Counted from the first letter of the whole stretch, positions 14,750 to 27,630 are shown. The stretch: DNA of 63,994 nt, filler included, from Octopus bimaculoides (GCF_001194135.2; 6 parts of 5 records of this genome joined end to end with filler, not necessarily neighbours in it); one strand, 5' to 3'. Notes: a model not told the origin generated them from the sequence alone. Made by a program: numbers and translations.

Positions 14750-15200
14750 TTGAAAAACTAAATTACGACTTTAAAATTAATTGACCCTGTATTTAAGTTT
14801 GTTTTAATTTAGTTTGCACAATTTTGCACAGCAATTTCAATAGAAGATTCCAGTTTTCTGCCGAAATGTCACTGACAACTTTTGTTAATTTCCCTGCAAA
14901 TTTTCATGTTGTTTAGAGACTACCATTAACGCTTTATTCTTTAAATCCATTCACTTCTCTTATCGGATGTTCAAACATTTCCGACATTGTGTTCAAGACA
15001 CGGAATTGTTTGATTAATATGATTGTAACATTTTTGTTTCCGAAAGATATTGCAAATAAACATTCAAGTATAAATTGATTAAAAAGAAACAACTTCGCTT
15101 TCATTAAATGGTGTTTAATTAGATAATTCTGTATATTTCTCTAGTGTTCTAAAGCTTATCAAAGGCATACGACTGCGTCTATACTTGTCCAATCACATTA
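14750..15200 (-). mobile_element. Possible highly decayed CR1/L2-type reverse transcriptase fragment
   Basis: Minus-strand pieces YAFDKL (cf. KAFDKV) and NNMKICREI..WNLLLK (cf. DDTKICREI..W.L.FN); many stops. Confidence 0.25.
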
Positions 15201-15862
15201 TGTATGTTGGCAAACCGAAAAGCAAAAGGAAGCAACAAAAGCCAATAGGACGTACACTGTGAATTATTAGGTTGACACTCAGTTTAAGATGGTAAAAAGA
15301 GAGGGTGTGTGACTTTTCAAGCACAACTCTTTGTCGGAAAGAAGAAAGAAGAAAGGTCTGGCTGACATCAATTCAAATACTGGACATTATTCCTATATAA
15401 CAAATCACATCGAATATATGTTCCTATGTAATCAAACATCCTGAAAGATATGGAAAGGCAGTATGAGGATAAGTGATTTTCATGTTTTTGACATTAGCAG
15501 TGTAAGTAAAATAGTAACTACCTATTACAATAACAGTAACTATATTGTAGGGAAATATATTGATTATTTTGTCGTATTGAAACCTTTCCTAAACGGGGCA
15601 TATTATTTGTCAAAAGGGCTTGAATCAAGAATCGAATTACGTAGAAGATCAAACGTGTTAATTACTTTATCTCCAATTTATGTAATTTATTTGTTTCAGT
15701 GTAGAATCACTTATTTGAGAAATTAAACGCTTGTATTTACGTAGACAGGCATACGAACAGAAATGATGTGTACTAATATATTTGCATACATATGTACACT
15801 CGCACAAACGTACACTTGCATGAATGCACATATATACTTACGTAAATACACACGCACGCACA

Positions 15863-15933
<71 letters not shown>

Positions 15934-16323
15934 GTATGTATTTGCCATCAGTAAATCATTTACAACGTATGTACTCCACTGACAGGTATGGTGCTGTGAT
16001 TACGGTCTGATAGAAAATCTCTTCATGGACACACTACAGGTGGTGATTCACACGAACAACTGCGCATCACCTTTCTTGGGGCTTGTCAATGACGTGTATC
16101 CTGTTGTCACATGCCTAGAAGGAATCTGTCATCTCCAATATAAAACGAACAGAGAATAATTCCGATTCGAGAGAAAACACGCCAGTAGGCAATGCGGAAA
16201 CCCATTAAATTTGAAATGTCACCTTTGTGTCATACTTAATGCATATACACCTTTGACAGATATAATGCTGTGGTTTTTGTCTGAGAGAAAATCCCGTCAT
16301 ATATATATATATATATATATATA

Positions 16324-16423
16324 NNNNNNNNNNNNNNNNNNNNNNNNNNNNNNNNNNNNNNNNNNNNTTAATTAATTAANNNNNNNNNNNNNNNNNNNNN
16401 NNNNNNNNNNNNNNNNNNNNNNN
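16324..16423. other. Assembly gap spacer N44-TTAATTAATTAA-N44 (also 32762-32861, 40677-40776, 57226-57325, 61296-61395)
   Basis: Identical 100-bp construct five times; the palindromic 12-mer places stop codons in all six frames. Artificial. Confidence 0.97.
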
Positions 16424-16476
16424 TATATATATGTATATGTATGTTTAAATATATATATATATATATACATATAAAC

Positions 16477-16509
<33 letters not shown>

Positions 16510-17127
16510 TATACATATACACACACACACACATATATATATACATATATATATATACATATATATATATGGTAGATGGAAGATATATATTTCCTAAGCA
16601 CAACATGCAGAAGTATATCTATACATATACAAATCTGATATACATAAACACTTACACAAACACACAGATATACAATTTACAATACTCACACATACAAGTT
16701 TATACACAGATAGAAATCTTACACATACACAAGCATATACACATATACACAGATACATATACCATGCATATTTGCATATGCATGCCTACATACAATGCTC
16801 ACACATACAGACAGAAACGTGTATGCATACAGACATACGCAAACATCATGCGCACATAAACACATATAAATGCACACACACATACAGACAAATATATGTA
16901 CATACATACACACATATACCCTCACACATACACAGTTATCTGTAACTTAATGCAGACAAGTGTTCCCTAAGGATCCATTGTGTTGTTGAGTATCTCAAAG
17001 CATGAGGAACATAATGGTAAAAGACACATAAGAACTAAAATACAAAACTTTTGTTTGTCCTTTTTCTCATATATGTGTGTATGTGTGTGTCTATGTGCAA
17101 ATATGCAACTGCATGCACATATGCATA

Positions 17128-17336
17128 TGATGGAGTGCTGAAAAGTTCCTGTCTTTGGGTATAAGAAAATACAGGTGGATCAGTGAATTGTGATTTTATT
17201 GAACATATTCTCCTCTCAGATTTATTGTAGCAGTCCTTAAGTTTTTCTCAGCCCTGTAAAAGAACTCAGAGGGTTGGGACTTCAACTAGGCCATTCATGA
17301 GACCCTTAAAGTTAGGAAATTTACTACACTTCATCA
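17128..17336 (-). mobile_element. Mariner-derived MITE (about 210 bp), copy 1
   Basis: Degenerate TIR gtgctgaaaagttcctg ... aaagttaggaaattt, TA on both flanks, internal homology to the copies at 32339, 39928 and 50242. Confidence 0.75.
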
Positions 17337-17344
17337 TACATGCA

Positions 17345-17529
17345 TGGCACGTAAAAGCACCCACTACACTCTTGGAGTGGTTGGCGTTAGGAAGGGCATC
17401 CAGCTGTAGAAACTTTGCCAAATCAGATTGGAGCCTGGTGTAGCCATCTGGTTTCACCAGTCCTCAGTCAAATCGTCCAACCCATGCTAGCATGGAAAGC
17501 GGACGTTAAACGACGATGAGGATGATGAT
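17345..17529 (+). mobile_element. RTE-clade LINE 3' UTR fragment with (GAT)n tail
   Basis: tggcacgtaaaagcacccactacact..ggttggcgttaggaagggcatccagctgtagaaac..catggaaagcggacgttaaacgacgatgaggatgatgat; the same unit recurs at 23095 (+) and 37455 (-). Confidence 0.7.
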
Positions 17530-18151
17530 ATGTATGCATACATACAAAAACCAATCAAGCATCTTTATACCTGAGCACATGTCCAACCCATGCCAGCATC
17601 GAAAATGGACGTTAAATGATGATGACGATATGCCAACGTATGCATCTATATACATACAAACATCCAAACACATACATGCATTCACATATACAGAATCAAA
17701 ATTCATGTATACATAAACACACATGCAAACACATAGCTCTGTGCACACAGACACATTCATATAACACACACACAGACACACACAAGCATACCAATACATG
17801 TACAACAAGTTTTTCATTCTTCTCTATTTCAACTATTTATTTGAAAGTTTAAAAATAAATGACCTTGTTTGACTATTCTGTATTATCAAGCGACTTAAAA
17901 GTCAAACTGCTCTCTAACTATACTATATACACGATACAACTGCACACACACACACACACACACACACATGCCTATATGTAAGTATATATATATTTATGTT
18001 TGAAAGTATATCATATATATTAGAAGGTGGTTGTCTTTCATGTAACTTGAAAATACAATGTATGTGTGTGTGTGTGTGTATATGCATGTATGTACTTGCA
18101 TATGTGTGTGAATATATACATACAGACACACACACACATATATATATATAT

Positions 18152-18198
<47 letters not shown>

Positions 18199-18526
18199 NN
18201 NNNNNNNNNNNNNNNNNNNNNNNNNNNNNNNNNNNNNNNNNNNNNNNNNNNNNNNNNNNNNNNNNNNNNNNNNNNNNNNNNNNNNNNNNNNNNNNNNNNN
18301 NNNNNNNNNNNNNNNNNNNNNNNNNNNNNNNNNNNNNNNNNNNNNNNNNNNNNNNNNNNNNNNNNNNNNNNNNNNNNNNNNNNNNNNNNNNNNNNNNNNN
18401 NNNNNNNNNNNNNNNNNNNNNNNNNNNNNNNNNNNNNNNNNNNNNNNNNNNNNNNNNNNNNNNNNNNNNNNNNNNNNNNNTATATATATATATTATATGG
18501 TATATATATATATCTATATCTATATC

Positions 18527-18568
<42 letters not shown>

Positions 18569-19363
18569 GGAATATATATAAATATATATTACACTATATA
18601 TCTATTACATCAAATAACGTTTAGGGATTTCTCCATGTTAATATTGGATTACCTATTATATTATATGTGTGTATGTATATATATATGTATGTGTATATTA
18701 TACAGTATATATATAAATATATATTATACTATATATATATATATTACATCAAATTATATTATGTTATATGATGTTTAGGGAGTTCTCCATGTTAATATAG
18801 AATTATCAGAAGAGGTTAAATGCTGGGCTGATGCAATGACATATTCATTAGACCATACTAATTGACTTATACTTATTTGTCTAAATTATTTATTATTATT
18901 ATATATTATATATATAAATATATATGCATAACGCATAAATTCAGTAGGTGTCAGAGATGTAATTATATGAAAGTCATATGAATCTTTGCTCCTCTTGGAA
19001 AAAATTTTATTGTTTGGATTTCGTGAATTCTCAGTTTCAGGGCCATTTTACGCTACACTGGGAAAGGGAAAAGGGCTGCAATGGAACAACACATTTGATG
19101 ATATACACAACAGACGAGATAATCATAGTTGCAATTGCATTTGATTATAACTCTGGTCGATCAGGGATGACTCGGGGTTAAACAACAACAACAAAAAATG
19201 ACAACAACAACTTCATGTTACTATTGTTCGCATTAGTTTTTATAAATACACAATGGAGAGGATCGCAATGTGTGTTAAAAACAAAAGGTTTCTCTATCAG
19301 TAATGTTATATATATATGAGTAATGAATATACATGGTCTGTATTGTTTGGAGATAAACACAAG

Positions 19364-19400
<37 letters not shown>

Positions 19401-19904
19401 NNNNNNNNNNNNNNNNNNNNNNNNNNNNNNNNNNNNNNNNNNNNNNNNNNNNNNNNNNNNNNNNNNNNNNNNNNNNNNNNNNNNNNNNNNNNNNNNNNNN
19501 NNNNNNNNNNNNNNNNNNNNNNNNNNNNNNNNNNNNNNNNNNNNNNNNCAAATTTATAGAAAGACAAGGACAGGAGTAGGAACAATAAGTAAGTGTAACG
19601 CTGAAAAGAAAACTCAGACAGCGTTTCAACTTTGTGTGAGTATATGTGTGTATGTGTGTGCATGTACAAGGGAAGTATGTGAACGTTTGTATGTGTGAAC
19701 CAACATTCTTTCAGTAACAAAGGATGATCGATGTCACATCTCAACAGACAACCACTAGATAACATTGAAAAGTGTATTAATTTGATTTACCATCCCTATT
19801 TCTATAAAAACAACACTACAATTAGCCCGTCATGTTTGACGGCACAGGGCCAGCTAGTGTATGAATATCATAAAATTGCATCGTGCTACAATTACAATAG
19901 TCTG

Positions 19905-20123
19905 GGCCTCACCGAGGCGATGACTACTGACCGAGACCTTTGGAAATGTGCTGTGCGTGAGAAGACCCGGCAAGCCAAGTAAGATCGTTGCCAGTGCCCC
20001 TGGACTGGCTCTTGTGCGGGTGGCACATGAGATGCACCATTTTGAGCGTGGCCATTGCCAGTACCGCCTGACTGGCTCCTGTAGGATTTTCGAGTGAGAT
20101 CGTTGCCAGTGCCCCTGGACTGG
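19905..20123 (+). mobile_element. 5'-truncated RTE LINE: last codons plus start of 3' UTR containing a 116-bp tandem unit
   Basis: LGLTEAMTTDRDLWKCAVREKTRQAK* resembles an RTE C-terminus. gatcgttgccagtgcccctggactgg occurs at 19983 and 20099, then runs into a gap. Confidence 0.7.
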
Positions 20124-20911
20124 NNNNNNNNNNNNNNNNNNNNNNNNNNNNNNNNNNNNNNNNNNNNNNNNNNNNNNNNNNNNNNNNNNNNNNNNNNNNN
20201 NNNNNNNNNNNNNNNNNNNNNNNNNNNNNNNNNNNNNNNNNNNNNNNNNNNNNNNNNNNNNNNNNNNNNNNNNNNNNNNNNNNNNNNNNNNNNNNNNNNN
20301 NNNNNNNNNNNNNNNNNNNNNNNNNNNNNNNNNNNNNNNNNNNNNNNNNNNNNNNNNNNNNNNNNNNNNNNNNNNNNNNNNNNNNNNNNNNNNNNNNNNN
20401 NNNNNNNNNNNNNNNNNNNNNNNNNNNNNNNNNNNNNNNNNNNNNNNNNNNNNNNNNNNNNNNNNNNNNNNNNNNNNNNNNNNNNNNNNNNNNNNNNNNN
20501 NNNNNNNNNNNNNNNNNNNNNNNNNNNNNNNNNNNNNNNNNNNNNNNNNNNNNNNNNNNNNNNNNNNNNNNNNNGGTGTGTATGTGTGTGTGTGTGTGCA
20601 TGTGAGTGTGTGTGTGTATTTATAGTCATAAGTGTGTGGGTATAAAGATAAATGATGCAAACAATATGTGTGTGTGTGTGTGTGTGAGAGAGTGTGTGTG
20701 TGAGAGAGTGTGTGTGTGTGAGAGTGTGTGTGTGTGAGAGTGTGTGTGTATATATATATATGCGTGTGTTTGTGTGCATGTATATATATGTAGGTGTGTA
20801 TGTATGTATGCATATGCATATATGTATATATATATTTTTATACCAAAAATTAGGCAAAAGACTATAGTATCTGTTAACAAACTTAGCAAAATACTCACAG
20901 TTGAGTATATC

Positions 20912-20947
<36 letters not shown>

Positions 20948-21440
20948 AACACACACATACCAGTGTATTTTGAGTTAAACTTCATTACAATTATTACAAT
21001 TCATTGTTAGTATTAGTATTAGCATCAATCTGTGAGTAAACCACATGTTAACAAACACACCTATAAATATATATATATATATGTATGTATATATATGCAT
21101 ATATATCTATCAATCTCTCTCTCCTTTAGTATATACACGCATACATACATATGTGTATGTATGTGTGTGTGTGTTTCTATTTATGAGGGGGTGTATATAT
21201 ATATATATTTTTTCCCCTGCTATATATATCTACAATAGATGTAAACAAGCCTCAGTATTCCAACAAATGGTGACTGTCTGAAAATAACAACCATATGGTG
21301 CCTGTTGCTCTTTTATTAATGCCAGGTTTTCAGTTGTTCATTTAACTTTCAGTGGAACAATATTCATCAGACACTCAAAGAAGAAATATAGTTTACTAAT
21401 AATATACTAATGATTGTGTAACTATGCAAACAGTTGCATG

Positions 21441-21471
<31 letters not shown>

Positions 21472-22554
21472 ACACACATGATACTCCCACTCATTTACTT
21501 GCACACACTCACCTGTACACACACACACTCACCTGTACACACACACACTCACCTGTACACACACACACACACATATCTTCTTGACATACAGCGACACTAC
21601 TACTCACCCTGCCCTCCACACACACATGCACTCCTACTCACTTAAACACACACAGCCAACTACAACTCACACACACACATATACACACACACCCTATACA
21701 CGCACACAAACATACACATACTCCCATTCATATACATGCACACACATTCACCTGTACACATACACACATATCTTCCTGGCATACAACCAGAAAGATATAT
21801 ATGTGTGTAGATATATATCCACACAGTCACACACACAGGGATATGGACACACACCCTCCACATACACACACTCCTTATAAAATCCCCCACATAATTCCAC
21901 TCCCTACACATATTTACACCCCCACCCCCCACACACACACCTGAAACAGACATGTGCCTTCTAGTACTCAAAATTTATTTTCACACACACATTCACTCAT
22001 GTATGGTACCATACACACACACACACCATCTTAAAAAAGAAAAGAATAAAAGAATCCAATAATGTACTCCAAGGTACACAATGCTAAAAAAGAAAAAAGA
22101 GAAATGATGGGTGNNNNNNNNNNNNNNNNNNNNNNNNNNNNNNNNNNNNNNNNNNNNNNNNNNNNNNNNNNNNNNNNNNNNNNNNNNNNNNNNNNNNNNN
22201 NNNNNNNNNNNNNNNNNNNNNNNNNNNNNNNNNNNNNNNNNNNNNNNNNNNNNNNNNNNNNNNNNNNNNNNNNNNNNNNNNNNNNNNNNNNNNNNNNNNN
22301 NNNNNNNNNNNNNNNNNNNNNNNNNNNNNNNNNNNNNNNNNNNNNNNNNNNNNNNNNNNNNNNNNNNNNNNNNNNNNNNNNNNNNNNNNNNNNNNNNNNN
22401 NNNNNNNNNNNNNNNNNNNNNNNNNNNNNNNNNNNNNNNNNNNNNNNNNNNNNNNNNNNNNNNNNNNNNNNNNNGGGGTTACGGAATTGTCAATTGTCTC
22501 CCACTTGACAACTAGTGCTAGTGTGTTTATGTCTACATAATTTAGTGTTTTGCC

Positions 22555-22703
22555 TAATTTAGTGGACTAATTATGTCCACATAATTTAGTGGTTTGGCTA
22601 ATTTAGTGGACTAATTATGTCCACATAATTTAGTGGTTTGGCTAATTTAGTGGACTAATTATGTCCACATAATTTAGTGGTTTATGTTCACATAATTTAA
22701 TGG
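22555..22703. repeat. 44-bp minisatellite, about 3 copies
   Basis: Unit taatttagtggactaattatgtccacataatttagtggtttggc at 22555, 22599 and 22643 (third copy incomplete). Confidence 0.92.
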
Positions 22704-22787
22704 TTGAGTACCACTGATCTTGAGAAAGCATCCAATACTGACATATAGTGCTAAATAGCACAGAAGCATATCAAGAGCAGACAAAAA

Positions 22788-22833
22788 GTGCTTAGCTCCA
22801 GATTTCTGCTTCTTTGAGCCTCATCAGTAGCAT
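22788..22833 (-). ncRNA. Degenerate type I hammerhead ribozyme motif (Penelope-associated)
   Basis: Minus strand reads CUGAUGA-G-GCU-caaaga-AGC-A-GAAA. The stem II closing pair is mismatched, and stems I and III are poorly defined. Confidence 0.35.
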
Positions 22834-23094
22834 TTGGGCAAGCCTGTGTATTATCAGACAATTGCAAAAGAAAGTTTTTAAAAAATTCAAAACTCTGCAA
22901 AAAGACAGTAGAAATTCTTCATGGTTCAAAACATTACTTACATTTTACTCAACCTGATATATAAAGTTTATCTCCACAAATTTTCTAAAGGACAGTATTG
23001 ACTTAAAAGCTTTGAATATACTTGGTAAAATATTGTGGGTGCAAACAGAAATACAATGTCCCTACAAGTAATTAATACACACACAGACACACTC

Positions 23095-23245
23095 TCTGAG
23101 TGGTTGGCGCTAGGAAGGGCATCCAGCTGTAGAAACTTTGCCAGATCAGATTGGAGCCTGGTGCAGCCTTCTGGCTTACCAGCCCTCAGTCAAACCGGCT
23201 AACCCATGCCAGCATGGAAAACAGACGTTGAACAATGATGATGAT
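23095..23245 (+). mobile_element. RTE LINE 3' UTR fragment
   Basis: Homologous to 17345-17529; ends gacgttgaacaatgatgatgat. Confidence 0.7.
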
Positions 23246-24128
23246 CACACACACACACACACATGTGCTATGCTGTTGAGAAAGACAGGATGGTTACTCA
23301 TGCAACACATTTGATCATATATTTGCTCAGTCACAGACTAACCTGGGGCTAAACAGCAGTAGCACCGACATCAAGAACAACAACACCAACAGCTCTGTAT
23401 TTCTGTACATGTCAGTGAGTGAGATGTTAAAACACTTATTCCCAACATCCGGAGATTTCCGAGTCTGGTTAAATTCTTTCAGGCTTTTTACTCACAAGGA
23501 AATCTGGCATTTAATCTCAGATTAACATCACGTTCTTAACGCTGTGTGTGTGTGTGTGTGTGTGTGTTTGGTGGTAGGGTGGGACTTGACTGTAACATGA
23601 TGATTATGATGATGCTGCTACTGACAATGATTATGATGATGATGGAGATGGGAATGATGATGATGAAGGCTAAGGGTGTTGGTGGTGGTGGTGGTGGTGG
23701 TGAAGATTGTGAAGGTGATGGTAGTAGTGGTGGCAGCAGCGGAGGTGGTGGTCCTAAGACCATAGTCATGGTCTTAGGATGGTGAAGGTTGTGATTATGA
23801 TGATGATGATGATCGTAGCGGTGGTGGTGGTGGTGGTGGTGGTGGTGGTGGTAAGGATGAAAGAGGTCAGAATTGTCAGGATGGTGACAATGTTAAGTGG
23901 CGATGATGATAATGATGATGAGGAGAAGGAGGAGGAGGAGGAGGCATTTTGGTGATGACGACAATGATGATTGTGATGTATATGCACTAAACCGAATCAC
24001 ACCTAACAACCAGCATTGTTAGGTGTGATTAAAATAATTGATATAAAAGTTTATGACAAAAACAAAAATACAGTAGGTACAGCAGCAGAGCAGCAGTAGT
24101 AGTAGTAGCAGCTACAGTAGAGGTGGTG

Positions 24129-24161
<33 letters not shown>

Positions 24162-24291
24162 TGGAGGTCAGTTATCCTGGTCTCCAGCCAGCTGACAAAA
24201 GAGACCCTACATGGTCACTTGAAATGCTAGAAACAGCAGCCAAACTGAATCTTTCTCTATCGCTATCTATCTATCTACAAGGGAGGGGAGA

Positions 24292-24328
<37 letters not shown>

Positions 24329-24530
24329 TCACTTAATCAGTACTTATCGTACAATGGACACTCTTATGTCCCAGCAATTACAAAAGGATGTATGTACGTA
24401 CGTATGTATGTACGTATGTATGTATGTATGTGTATGTATGTATGTATGTATGTATGTCTGAGCAAAAATGTAGGGCAGTTCGTTTCAAAACAAACTAAGT
24501 ATATTTATGTATCTATATGTGTGTCTGTAC

Positions 24531-24608
<78 letters not shown>

Positions 24609-25204
24609 CTACATAATATATATACACACACATATATATATATACATACATATATATAAATACACATATATCTACATACACACACATAAATACACATACA
24701 CACACACACATATACGTTTATGTATGTATGTATGTGTGTACGTACATATGTATTAATGTGTGTATATATATGAATTTATTCTACAGAATTCTCTTTCATT
24801 CCCGTTGAAAGATGAATTGAAAAACAATATTTCTGAGGAAAAAAAAACACATCTTTAATCTTCAAACTGGAGACACTTGGCAAAGTGACTGTTCACATGC
24901 TCATCCGTCTGTCTCCAACCTCTTCCGTTTCCAGAAAGGGGTTAGTCTACAATACAAGAGATGTTGTGTAGTTGACACTGATCAATCCTTTTGCTCTACT
25001 GGTCAATATCTGTGACAAAGGTCAGTAGCTTTGCTAAATTTAATATTACATCTAGCAAGATCCCGGCTAACTTGGGAAATCTATAACTTTCAAAGTTTCT
25101 CTACAACTGCATTTTCACACAAATTGGGCTTCTTTCAGTTTCTGTGTACCAAATCCATACACAAGGCTTTGGCTGGCCCAGGGCTATAACAGAAAATACT
25201 TAGA

Positions 25205-25593
25205 ACTAGCAGAAACGTTAGTACGCCGGATGAAATGCTTAGCGGTATTTTGTCTGCCGTTACGTTCTGAGTTCAAATTCCGCCGAGGACGACTTTGCCT
25301 TTCATCCTTTCGGGTTCGATAAATTAAGTACCAGCTATGCACTGGGGTCGATGTAATCGACTTAATCCCTTTGTCTGTCCTTGTTTGTCCCCTCTATGTT
25401 TAGCCCCGTGTGGGCAATAAAGAAATAGGTATTTCGTCTGTCTTTACGTTCCGAGTTCAAATTCCGCCAAGGTCGACTTAGGCTTTCATTCTTTCGGGGT
25501 CAATAAATTAAGTACCAGTTGCGTACTGGGGTCGATCCAATCGACTGGCCCCCTCCCCAAAACTTTCGGGCCTTGTGCCTAGAGTAGAAAAGG
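25205..25593 (+). mobile_element. Dimeric SINE (family B monomer plus 5'-truncated family C monomer) inserted into an older family A SINE
   Basis: An 11-bp direct repeat aaatacttaga at 25194-25204 and 25594-25604 flanks both monomers together. The interrupted family A sequence resumes on each side (25126-25204 and 25605-25640). Confidence 0.85.
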
Positions 25594-25859
25594 AAATACT
25601 TAGAGCCAAGGTACCAAACGCTGAGATTGAACACTGTACAAAAACCACATCATGTGATTGGGATAACCACACATCTATGTTTGTGCATGTCCTCCAATTA
25701 AAATTCATGCTTTTTCTTTTGACTCTTTAGCATTTAAACTGAACATATCCAGCCCAAATATGCAACCTGTTGTATGTTCTAACCAATCAAATCCACCCCT
25801 CAATGCCACCCCTAAACAATAACATCATCAAAATTTCAAAGCTATGAGATAATGCACAA

Positions 25860-25980
25860 GTGGGTTCAGTCCCACTGCGTGGCATCTTGGGCAAGTGTCT
25901 TCTACTATAGCCTCGGGCCGACCAAAGCCTTGTGAGTGGATTTGGTAGACGGAAACTGAAAGAAGCCCGTTGTATATATG

Positions 25981-26011
<31 letters not shown>

Positions 26012-26202
26012 TTGTCCCCCCAACATCGCTTAACAACCGATGCTGGTGTGTTTATGTCCCCGTAACTTAGCGGTTCGGCAAAAGAGACCGATAGAATAAG
26101 TACTAGGCTTCTAAAGAATAAGTCCTGGGGTCGATTTGCTCGACTAAAGGCGGTGCTCCAGCATGGCCACAGTCAAAAGGCTGAAACAAGTAAAAGAGTA
26201 AG
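25860..26202 (+). mobile_element. tRNA-derived SINE, family A (5' truncated)
   Basis: B box ggttcagtccc, body cttgggcaagtgtcttctactatagcc, internal (TA)n(TG)n cassette, tail ggtgctccagcatggccacagtc...gtaaaagagta. Confidence 0.9.
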
Positions 26203-26864
26203 TGAAAACAATGTGAATGAAAAAAGCATTAGATTTGACAAAATAATCTGAATGCGAAAGAGTTAATGTTAAAAATGCGACCATCTGAGAATGCTTTCTC
26301 TCACTCACAATTGAAATGTTTATTATCAGAGTCTTTCTGGGAAACCGTCTTCCAATGCAAACATCATAAAAAAGAGGAGAGTGTAATGTCTTGTGAGATT
26401 CAGACAATGCACTCTTGTAAAGTACTTAGATAGGTGGAACTTGTGACGTCAAGAGTCCAGTACTTTCGTTGTAGTACTTGTTTTTGCCATTTAGTAGCCT
26501 CAATCTACTTTACTTGATTTAGATGGAGACACTTATGGGTGAAACAATCACTGACTGCGTGGTTAAGAAGCTTGTTTTGTAATCATGGGATTCAGGGTTC
26601 GATTCCACCGTGTGGCACTTTGGGTGTATTTCTTTTATTATAATCTTGGATCAATGGTCAACTTAAGCTTTGTGAGTGAAACTGTGCAGAAGCCTATCAG
26701 ATGAGCTCATATCTTATTAGTGATACTGCAACGTGTCCATGGTTTAAGGCACTGATTTATTTGAGGTAAAGATATCTGTGAATGCTTTGGCATTTTATAA
26801 CCCAACTCAGAGATTGAGACTGAAATTATTTTCTTGTCAATACCAACATACCAACATATGTAGG

Positions 26865-27107
26865 TTCATTTACTTCCGACAGATAGCCAGACTATCTTAT
26901 CTTTCTTTTATCTTTCACTTGCTTTAGTCGCTGATCTGTGGCCATGCTGGATCACTGCCAAATCAACCCCAGTGCTTATTTTTACTTAAAGTCTGGTATT
27001 TATTCCATCAGTCTTTTTTTGCCAAACTGCTAAGTTATGGGAACATAAACAAAACCGACACCTGTTGCTAAGCAGTAGGAGGGGTCCAAAACAAACACAG
27101 ATACAAA

Positions 27108-27145
<38 letters not shown>

Positions 27146-27320
27146 TGCACATATGACAGGCTTCCACACAGTTTCCATCAACGAAATTCGTTTACAAGGT
27201 ATTTGTTGGCTCAGAGCAAAAGTCAGAAAACTTGGCCAAAATATTGTGCAGTGGGACTGAACCTGAAACCGCAGGGTCGCAAAGCAAGCTACTTAACCAC
27301 ACAGCCATGCCTGCATCTAA
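26865..27320 (-). mobile_element. SINE family A, older diverged copy
   Basis: Reverse-strand match to the head (gggactgaacc..ctacttaaccacacagcc), internal (CA)n and tail (gtggccatgctgg). Confidence 0.7.
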
Positions 27321-27329
27321 AAGTAGCTT

Positions 27330-27450
27330 GACTGCTGTTGACTTCCTACTGACCACTTCTCACAGCCACATAGATACAAACACTAATGCAAACGCACACA
27401 GATCCTACCACACACACACACACAGAGTTACAATACACACAAAGTTACTA

Positions 27451-27488
<38 letters not shown>

Positions 27489-27630
27489 ATCATCTTCACA
27501 CTCTCCTTCCACTTCTGGACACTTCAGAAATGTAAACACATGTGGACCGTTGGTGCTTTTCCTTTTTCCTTCCTCTTTGGACTTTTCCCATTATCCTTTC
27601 TGATGAAGAGCCCTGCTTGAAACGTTAAAT
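27330..27630 (+). mobile_element. Penelope-like element terminal fragment
   Basis: Pyrimidine-rich stretch ending in a minimal hammerhead; same architecture as 63540-63830. Confidence 0.45.
27597..27629 (+). ncRNA. Minimal type I hammerhead ribozyme motif
   Basis: uuu-CUGAUGA-A-GAGC-ccu-GCUU-GAAA-C-G-U-U-aaa. Intact core, stem II closed by G-U, palindromic ACGU stem III, predicted cleavage after GUU (27626). Confidence 0.6.

Noticed and set aside
16368-16379. Recurrent palindrome TTAATTAATTAA (five times)
   Set aside because: It is always centred in exactly 44+44 Ns, so it is an assembler's six-frame stop spacer, not biology.
22555-22703. CRISPR-like array
   Set aside because: The units are contiguous tandem copies without unique spacers, in a eukaryotic context with no cas genes.
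22942-23071. Minus-strand AG|GGAC...|GTAAGT segment as the next PNKD exon
   Set aside because: It reads D-I-V rather than D-H and contains in-frame stops.
24880-24946. TNPFLETEEV after an acceptor-like site, recalling the glyoxalase II NPF motif
   Set aside because: It lacks the preceding PST..EE residues, stops after 17 codons, and has no supporting exon context.
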